A stretch of 64,000 nucleotides of DNA from Nageia nagi (Eukaryota > Plantae > Pinophyta): NCBI GenBank assembly GCA_050084985.1, contig JBITNC010000002.1, forward strand, positions 21,824,001-21,888,000, given 5' to 3'. Each line of letters opens with the position of its first letter. Positions within the stretch are counted from its first letter, which is position 1. The translations under genes were made by a program, and so were the position numbers. Below the pieces are notes generated by a model. That model saw only the letters and a list, made by a program, of their open reading frames with translations. It was not told the origin of the DNA and searched no databases. Of the stretch, positions 25,950 to 35,847 are shown one piece after another.

Positions 25950-28060
25950 TTTTGTGTGTATCTTATGATCATTGCAGTTCATGAAATTGTGTTTCCATCA
26001 TGCATATTTGAAAATAAATCTCAAACCTCATATAGTCTTCCACATTTTGCATACATGTATACCATGGCATTTATATTTTGAATACATGTATATTTTTCAT
26101 ATATATTTTTTTTTATTTGCTTCCACCTACTAGACATAGAATAAATTTCATGAAACTATGTTTGGATCATGCAGCTTGGAAAATAATTCATGAGCCTCAT
26201 GTATTCTTCCACATTTCACATACATGTCTATAAGGGCATTTACATTTTAATTTGATTCCACCTACTAAACATAGAATAAATTCCATGAAACTGTGTTTGG
26301 ATCATGCATCTTGTAAAATAATTCATGAGCCTCATGTATTCTTCCACATTTTGCACAAATATCTATCAAGGCATTCACATTTTTTAAATATATCATTATT
26401 TGTATTAATTCCCACCTATTTCATTTATTCAAATAGTTTGGTAGGTTCCTTAGTACAACTATTCTTTGCATACCTTGCAATAATTGGATTCTATGAAGTT
26501 GTTTTTCATAATGCATCTTATCAAACAAACTCTTGTCATCTTGATGCTCCCACATTTTGCATATGTGTCTATAAAGGTTTTTATAATAATTTTATGTGAA
26601 TGAAAACCATATTTAATCAATTTTATCATAAATGTAAATGCCCCATTTTAAAGCTACAAATGTTGCACATACAACCAAAATACTTCAATTATTATTGAAT
26701 ATAGCTTGAAACTAATCAATTGTATTTGCTAAAAATATTTGAGAGATGTTAAACCATGCTCGTTCTATGCATATCTTGTGATCATTACATTCCATGAGAT
26801 TGTGTCTCTTTGTTGCATTTCCCTAAATATATTTTCAGCTTCCTTAATAAGCCCAATCTAAGAATATTTTGTAATCATTGCAATCCATGAAATTATGTCT
26901 CTCTACTATATTTTTTCAAATAATACATAAACCTTATGTATGTTCCCAAATTTAGCATGCATAACTATCAAAGAATTTGTTATAAAAAAATTAGAATGAA
27001 AACCATTTTTTAATTATTTTTTGATGGATATCAACACCTTTTTACAATGATTTTGAGTTCATGGAAAAATATGAATACATTGGGTGGAATACCACTCCCA
27101 TTTTATTGCATTTGGTGGAAGAGCGTCAGTGCATCCTCAAAAAGCCCTTTTTTTATAGGCTACAATCATGACATTCCAAGAAAAATAGTTCATGGAAGTA
27201 TCTGATTTCTTTTGAAAAGTAAGTCAAAAGTGTTTTGAATATTTCTTTAAGAAGTAATAATCTTATAATTATGCAAAGAAATCTCAATCAATAGTTACTT
27301 TTGTGCAAGTATGAGTGTGTTCAATCATAGGATCTTCATATGTATATGGAATTTCTTGACACTTTCTTTATCATTCAAATACATTTAATTTTTAATGTTT
27401 TGGGTGGAATTCAATATAGAACTTCTTGGATGGACATCAACTAATGTGCATTCTTGGTGTTCATTTATAGAGAGAATACACAATAATGCAATATGTTAAT
27501 TTCCAATTTAACTAGATCATTTTTGAAAGTAGATTTATTTATGGCATGAATTGCAAACTTGGTTGTTGCATATCATGTAATCATTGAATTCTATGAGATG
27601 GTCTCTCTCTATTGTATTTTTTCAAAATAGTACATAGACCTTCTATATATTCCCAAACTTAGCATACATATCTATCAAAATATTCATCACATAAATTCAA
27701 GTGAAAGGCCAATTTGGGCATACCTTGTAATCATTGAATTCCATGAGATGGTCTCTCTATTTCATTTTGTGAAGATAATATATGAGGATTTTGTATGTTC
27801 CCAAACTTAGCATACATGTCCATCGAAACATTCATCACAAACATTTGAGTGAAAGTTCAACCTGGACATATCTTGCAATCATTGAATTCCATGAGATGGT
27901 GTCTATTTGTTGCATTTTATCAAATAATACATGGATCTTATGTATGTTCCCAAACTTAGCATACATGTATATCAAAACATTCATCACAACAACATCGAAA
28001 TAAAAATCACTTTTTATTTTTTTTTATGGATCTCAACACCTTATTCCAATGATGTTGAGT
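25950..28060 (-). pseudogene. Decayed PLS-class pentatricopeptide-repeat (PPR) fragments, about 8-9 modules
   Basis: 28050->27860 reads SLE*GVEIHKKKIKSDFYFDVVVMNVLIYMYAKFGNIHKIHVLFDKMQQIDTISWNSMIARYVQ. The same MYAKxGxI...ISWNSMI module recurs at ~27720, 27570, 26870, 26470 and 25960-26380. Confidence 0.85.
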
Positions 28061-28539
28061 TGGGTATCTTAGAGATATTTGATAGTTTATTTGAATACAC
28101 CTAAACAACAAAATGTTATAAATTTTTTTCTAATTTTATATATTAATTATATGTATGATCATTTTTATATGCATGAATTATTAGTTTCTTTTTTCTAAGA
28201 ATATGATATATTATTGATAGATGATTTGCTTTTACAATACATAGATGTAAGGAAATCTTTAGTTGCTTCTATTTGTGATCTAGCTCTTGGTGGCAGCCTT
28301 TAGACTAAAATGTTGGTATTTTTGCATTTCTTGTTAGTCATACTACATATATAACAATAGGATTCAGTTATCATTTTAGGTTGGTAAACTGACATTTATG
28401 TTAAATTACATTTTTATTTTTATTTTTTGTAGAATACTTAGACTAAAGTTGATCTCATTATGCATTTATGTTGGTAAACTAGAATTTATGCAATTATACA
28501 ATAAACACATTATGGTTTGATCTCATTTACTTCTTACAG

Positions 28540-28850
28540 GTTAACAAAAAAGAGAAAATGGTCATATAATAGGTTGATGATCTTGGGGAGAGGTTCAAAG
28601 ATGGTCTTTAAGGAGAGTGGTATGTTGATAGGGTGGTTGGGAGGGTATTGTATATATGTAACTTTGGAGTTTATGCCCAATAGGGGACTAGCAAGTTCTC
28701 TGAATGCTTGAGACTAAATAAGCACATGAGATAAATTCATGGTTTAGCAGAGGTTTTAGAGAGGCTTAAAGGTAGGAAGCCAACATGAAATAGACCCTTT
28801 ATATCATCTACGTATCACAAATAAATATATGATGAAAAAAATAGGATTTA
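28540..28850 (+). pseudogene. Decayed exon encoding a C2H2-like zinc finger and a basic KGRKP motif
   Basis: After acceptor ttcttacag|: VNKKEKMVI**VDDLGERFKDGL*GEWYVDRVVGRVLYICNFGVYAQ*GTSKFSECLRLNKHMR*IHGLAEVLERLKGRKPT. All stops are one C>T away from Gln/Arg codons; the second Cys must be inferred from TAT. Confidence 0.45.
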
Positions 28851-29348
28851 AGTAAGGTACTTAATAATTAATATCAAGTTAAATATTATAGAATGATAAG
28901 TACATAATGGTGTTATAAAGAAAAAGTACAATCCTTTCAAGGGCTATCAATGGAAACTAATATGACCATTGAAAAAGAAATGTAGGAGTATAATAATGAG
29001 AAAAATAAAAAAATACATAGAAGATCATTTGAGATGCAGGGACTAATCTGTAATCACATGATGTTGATAGTATATGCAAGTTCTCAAATAAAAATTGTTT
29101 ACTCATTGTACTATTTTTATTGATACTCTCAAAATTTTGCATGCAATATTTATAAAAAAATTGTAGAAATGTAAACACACACAAATTTACACATGGATAT
29201 ATACAGTTCCTCTAATGTGGAGTTAGTCTAGTTTGACCTATACTCTTATAAATTATTTACAAGGGATATGCATTACTGAAAAATAAAGTAGAACTACACA
29301 TAAGGTCGACCTGTTAGTGAATCTGCACATACAAGATCTTAACATTAA

Positions 29349-29616
29349 TGTTATGAACCGTTACACCAAAAGGTCGACCTGTTAGTGAATCCACACACCC
29401 AGGATCTTAACATTCCACCACGCTCCGCATCCGACGTCCTCGGTGGCTCTCACTTGTGGCGGCTCTCACTCTAGTCTTCTCTAGGTAGCCCTTTCCACAG
29501 TAGCCCTTTCCGGGGATTCGAACTTGGGACGTATGGCCTGCTCTGATACCAAATGTTATGAACCGTTACACCAAAGGTCGACCTGTTAGTGAATCCACAC
29601 ACCCAGGATCTTAACA
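29349..29616 (-). mobile_element. TRIM (terminal-repeat retrotransposon in miniature), 268 bp, very young
   Basis: LTRs 29349-29412 (64 bp) and 29554-29616 (63 bp) are identical except for one A in a homopolymer, with TG..CA ends. PBS-Met gctctgatacca 29540-29551; purine-rich AGCGTGGTGGAA next to the 3' LTR; 141-bp non-coding interior; CpGs intact; probable TSD CAATA (29144-29148 / 29617-29621). Confidence 0.93.
29514..29573 (-). promoter_or_regulatory. Candidate type-2 Pol III promoter: A box in the LTR, B box after the PBS
   Basis: Minus strand TGGTGTAACGG (29573-29563) ... AGTTCGAATCC (29524-29514), about 50 nt start to start. Confidence 0.6.
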
Positions 29617-30119
29617 CAATATCATAAAAAAATTGTAGTAAAATGAAAACACACACACAAATTTGACACATGGATATATACAGGTTCCTTCTAATGTGGA
29701 AGTAGTCTAGTTTGACCATCTTCTTATAAATTATTTATCAAGGGCATATTACATTAACTGAAAAATAAGAGTAGAAACAATTCCTCAATATTTCCTTTCA
29801 ATCTCGTACATTTTTGTAAACACTTTGAAAAACAAAGAAAGTATACTTCCTTCTCAAGTACCAACTACATCCAAAATCCATCCATCCCCCATAATAGAGC
29901 TCTCCATAAGTTCAATAACCAAAATAAAAGATCTTATTCCTCTTGTTCATTTCAACTTCCTCCTTAAACCTTTCCACTCCTCAAGCCTCTTCAACTTCCA
30001 TTTTGATATGTGTCAAGTCGTTACAATGGTTGTAGAAGAAGATCAATGATCATCAAGTAGTTAATGAGAAAGTCAAGCCTTTAATCACATTATTGTGCTA
30101 TGATTTACAAAGTCAGATC

Positions 30120-30468
30120 AATAACAATATTATCACATCATGAACTAATGATGTCAACACCTAATATGCTACACTTTTACAAGCCTTAACCATTGAACAC
30201 TATGTCATGAAGCTAATGATGTCAACATCATCTATGCTGCACTCCAACAAGACAAAACCACTAAATGTCATGTCACAAAGCTAATGATATCAACATCACC
30301 TATGTTGCACTTCGATAAGCTCTTTAACCAATTGAACATCACATAGTAAACATAATAACATCAATAACACTTATGTTCTGACTCTGTTAATCCCTTTAAC
30401 CAACATTTTACCACAAACTTAATGATGTCAACAATGCTTATGTCGTGCTTTGGTAAGCCCTTTAATCT
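30120..30468. repeat. ~58-bp tandem repeats within the CRM-like LTR (continue at 55258-55420)
   Basis: Recurrent aatgatgtcaaca...tatg.tgcact...aagcc.ttaacca units on both sides of the 30469-55252 insertion. Confidence 0.75.
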
Positions 30469-33400
30469 TGTTAAGAACCTACTATTTCATAATAACTAGA
30501 TTATTCATAAATACATATAAAACCACTCTAATATGCAAATACCATTCAAATATATAAAACCATTACAAATACCATTTACTAAAGTAATCGAATTGCTTGC
30601 ACCACTTCGAGGGGGGAACCTCCTAGAGAACAAGTTCTCTTTTTTAATGAAATATATTTATTATTTGCATATTACAATAGGGAAGGCCTCATATAAATAG
30701 CCCTTTATGATCCTTCATCTTCCAAAGCTATTACATGTGGGATAAATACTAATAAAATATACATAACATGTTATAAGGTCATAACATTGCCACCCCCTTA
30801 AGCAAGATTTGTCCTCAAAGCTTGTACACACCATACATCAAAACATACTAGCCTACACACATTAACATAATTTCACCACACATCATCAAAAAATAACCTA
30901 CTAATATACTAAGGACGATCATTACATTTTTGATTCCTTTGAAAAGTTTTGTCTTCAAATCTTTTGAAAATACAAAGTACAATCCCTCCATAAACAATAG
31001 AGAGAGAGCAAAGAGCTAAGGAATCCAACTTGTCCAAAGTAGCTGACAATGCAACAAATTTGAATAAGAGCCAATATGAGTATCAAAATCCCACCAAGAT
31101 AATAATACTACTACTATCAAGGAGTGGAAAATAAAAATAATTATCCAAAATAATCATCAAAGAAAACACCATGCTGCTTTTGCACTTTAAAGTCCACTTG
31201 CAATGCTCTAAGGTCTTTCTATTGCACTCTGAAATCTTGGCATGAATACTCCATGAAATCTTACTGCTCTAACATGTATGTGCTAATATAAGTGAGAAGG
31301 ATATCATCACACTCTACAACTTGCTCTAATAAACCTGAAGAGACTAGATCCACATCATTTGCACTAATACAAGTGAGAGGAAGGGCCTTGCACTCTACGA
31401 CATGCTCCTCGACATTCGAAGAAAATGAATTCTCAATAATAAATATATAGATCCTAAATAATGCAATAATATGGTTAATTAGAGGAATTAACATATGCAC
31501 TATTTGGTTTATTAGTTTGTTGACATAAAGCAAGAATATGATAACAAAAGATTAAGCATACAGGTTCATTCCGTTAACATGCATATTCAATTGATTAACA
31601 AAAAGCATACATCAAGAATGAACGATATTACATACATTAGAATGGCATCGATGCCCTAGTAATAGTACATCATCGACATTATGTTAAGGATGAAATTAAA
31701 GATGCAATGAAAGATAAAATGATAAGCAAATGAATGATTTATCAATATAACAAAAGTATGATAATGTTCAAGATAAGAAATTCACTTGTTACATATAAGA
31801 AGCCCTTGCAAAGGTTTTCTTTGCAAATGATGTTTAATTCCTTGATTCTCTATCCGATCTTCAGTTGATAGAGGCCTTGAGGTCTTCTATAATCTACTCC
31901 TTATTTAGTCTCCTCTTGATGATAATCCCATCTATCTCTTTGTATGTCTTCAATGCCTTTATATAGGGATGCTTTTATTATAGGATTTGATCCCTTGTAT
32001 ATACCATAGGGGTCAAATACATGGCCTACACCTTTTGTAGCTATTTTTAATATTTTTTTAAATAATACTTTGTTAAAGGATTAAAATGATTTAGTTAATA
32101 CATAAAGGTTCATTTTTAGGTGCCTACAAAATCCATGAAGGTCTTGATAAGCAAAAGTAAGTTTCTCCTTAAGAGTAGTTATTGATTAATCATTTCATTA
32201 ACCATATCATGAAATTCAAGTTTATCCTTTTCAAGTGTTTCCCAAAGTTTATTAATATCCTCTTCATTCTTATATTGTTCCAATGTATGTGTATGTAAAG
32301 GTGGAATAAAAGTATCCATTTTCAAAAATTAAAATGGCTACCAAATCAATTGAATTTTTTAAAACTTTTTATTATATATAGGTACCATTAATGACCATCC
32401 ATATCTGAAATTTTATCCCAATTGGATGTCATATGCAATAGTTATGAATATTTCACCTTTTTCTTTTTGTTTATCAAAATTGCAATCACCAATTTTATCA
32501 TAAATAAAATAATTCTTCTTGAAATGATCTTAAATTTTTAATAAACATGTATGATACTAATATTGGAAAACCCACAAAATTTTAAAAGTAAATTCAAATA
32601 GATGAAAAATATATGGTCGATTTACTATTACCCGTTCTAGATCTTATAGCATTTATAAGGAGACCCCAATGTTTTTCTCACAAAATATTCAATATAAATC
32701 AAAACATTCTAAAATTTAAATTATGTAGTATTGAAATACAAATATGAAAACCCTTTAAAGTTCAACAAGAAACTCACAAGGATGACAAATATATGCTCAA
32801 ATACTTTTTCCCTTTTTTCATAATTTTAGATCTAGGGTTTTTAAAAGAAACATAAATATTCTTATAAATCGACTAATACAAATCCAAATAATCTAAAATT
32901 TTGATATAATTATTCTATTATCTATACCAAACTTCTTCAAAACTTTTAGAAGTAAAAACCCCTTATTTCACCTTATACAACCACTTTATTGCAAAAATTG
33001 AAATGCTTATAAATCTGTAAATGATCTCCAAACTACCTAAAACATTTATTAAGCCTTCTTTATGTGATTACACACAAACCATAAAATTTTTAAAATATAA
33101 TTCATCCATATGAGTGAGATATAAATGATCCAATTTGAGCCAACCAAAACAAAAACCCTTCAATTTCTCCAAATCTACAAGTGCCAAGACCATGCTCTAA
33201 GATCACTTGTTAAGAACCCACTATTTCATAATAACCAATTTATTCATAAGTACATATAAAACCACTTTAATATGAAAATAACATTCAAATATGCAAAACC
33301 ATTACAAATACTACTTACTAAAGTAATAAAATCGCTTGCACCACATCGAGGGGAGCACCTCCTAGAGAACAAGTTATCTCCTCAAATGAAATATATTTCT

Positions 33401-35847
33401 TACTTACTTATTACAATAGGGAAGGCCTCATATAAATATCCCTTTTATTATCCTTCACCTTCCAAACCTATTACATGTAGGATAAATACTAATATAACAT
33501 AAATAGTGAAGTTTTATGATCAAACATAAAATAAGAACAATCTCACATATTGTTATAGAATCACAATATAATCAAATGCATTCACCATAAATATGTCCCG
33601 ATATTCATAAATCTGTAACAATACTATCAGAATAGATTCAAATAAGAATATTTTATACATATTCAAATGGAGAGATAACATTACAACATAATTGTAGAAC
33701 CTTTCTTTTGCTGCAATAGGTATGGATCTTCATGGACTCCAAACCCTCATACAAATCATACTTCATTCTCCATTGTACTCCATTCTATCTCACACTACAT
33801 TAAAATATCTTATTTAAACTTGTATTACAAAATTGAATAGAAACCTCCTAAATAAAACTTCTAAAAACCACTAAAACTACTCTTCGCACATTTGAGACAT
33901 GTGGAATTTATTCAATTACAAAATATGAAATATTAAAATATTTCCTAATACTTAAACACCTAAAGTCTTATTTCCTAAATTCTTCCTCTTGATACTTTCA
34001 AGAATGAGTTATTGGAAGCATCACAAGTTGGATATGTATCCTTTTTTTCTTTTTCCAATTTAGCAGTAAGAAACTATCAAGTTTAAAAAATTTGAGTGGA
34101 CATTCTTCACACTTCCGTTCTTCAAATTTTCTTGCAAGCAAAACTTTGCAAGTAATGGTACCATTGGAGAATACACTCCCCTTGCATCACAAAAATCACA
34201 ATTTTTTTCAAAAAAACTCATTATTCTTTAAGAAACATTCCTCATTAAACATTGGGAAAGACAAAACCATATCCCTCCAATAACACTCAAAATTCCAATT
34301 AAAAATGCCAATGTACATACAAATTTCAACTTCAAAAAACTCACCCATATTTTGCAATTTACAAACATAATATTCAGCCATGAATATCCTTTTCAACAAC
34401 TTCATCCAATGTTCACATTCATCAAAAAAACTATATTGCAAAATAATATTTGCAATCATAACAATTTTCTCACAATCTTCAACAAGTTTCATCTTTTCAG
34501 CTTTCAATATTGGAACTTTCAAACATTGTTTTCCATAAGATTTCAACTTGTTGAATACATTATTATCAAATTTGAGCCATGCATCATTTTCAAACTTTAA
34601 ATTTACACCAAACACACAAGTTCCAATTTCAAGGTTGCTTTCAAAGCATCTTTCTTATCAAAACTATGCAAAGAACAATTGTTCACATCATAAATCGCAT
34701 TTTGTACCATTGTACATTCATGTTTATTTTCCTCAATAAACTCATTTTGCTCATCAAATAATGCATACCTATCATTACAACAAGCATTCTTTCACAAGAG
34801 AGTCTTTACTAGTCTCTTCGAACAACCAAACATTCTTCAAACTAGAGGAGTAAACAATAGTAGTAAAATCACAAAAACTATGCAAATCATAAAAGAAACT
34901 ATCATTTTTGCCAGCTAAAATAGCCTTTACAAGACTAAAATCATCATCAACTTTCTTAACTTTCCCCCTTTTTGGAGGTTCTCCAACTACATCATTCTTT
35001 CCCAACTATCAAACTGATTTGCATTTGTAGTAACATCAACATTATTCAAAAAAATATCAAAAATAGAAAATTCATTATTTTCATCATCCCCCTCAAGAGG
35101 ATTAGGATCTACGAGTGTCTCTTTCATGAGACAATCATAATTTGAAACTTGGGGTGCCTTTTCCATGAAACCACCACCAACACCATCATGTGCCTCTTCC
35201 ATGAAGCACTTAACAAACTTTGGAACAACAAAATCATGGATGCCCTCTCCCATTCTTCACGATATTCTTCCATGCCTTCTTCATTTATGCACTCTACATG
35301 TGCTATTAGGATCCTACATCCTAACATTTAATTAGGCTATAGTAGTTTATTTAATTATACTATAGGCTTTTGTTAAATATTAAGGGTTGACATATTTGTA
35401 AGGCAAACCACCATTTTGTATGGAGTGACTAAATTAGGGTTAGGGTATGCAAATTATAAATACTTGTGGTGAAGTCATTTGTAAGCATCTTGAAAATTAT
35501 ATTGTTTAGAGCAAAATAGGAGGTAGCTCCCTCAAAGAGGCCTGTGATTCATTTTGGCTTTATATTATAGTGATTTGTTGTTACTCTATTCCATTGCGAT
35601 ATTGAATGCTTGTTGAAGTTTGGAATTTTTATATTCTATGCGAATCCCTTTGTGGAACTTGCAAGATCCTAACATCTGCTATTAGAGCATCAATTTTGGC
35701 ATCTATGGGAAAAGTCAAAGCGATTACAAACTCAAAAAAATTGGAGCAAGTTGAACCCAAAAGTAGGAGTGACTAAACTTGAAAGGTCAAAGCAACTTGT
35801 AACCAGAAAGCTAAGAGCAACTTGTAGCTGAAAAGGTTGAAGTAACT

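Noticed and set aside
26252-26599. Plus-strand ORFs in the 26-28 kb repeats
   Set aside because: Antisense shadows of the minus-strand PPR fragments.
29296-29344. Third TRIM LTR (tandem-array TRIM)
   Set aside because: Partial, error-rich, has no interior, and sits in a block better explained as a consensus artefact; not excluded without reads.
29500-29580. A genuine tRNA gene or tRNA-derived SINE
   Set aside because: D and T stems pair poorly, the PBS replaces the anticodon arm, there is no poly(A) tail, and the sequence is bounded by LTRs.
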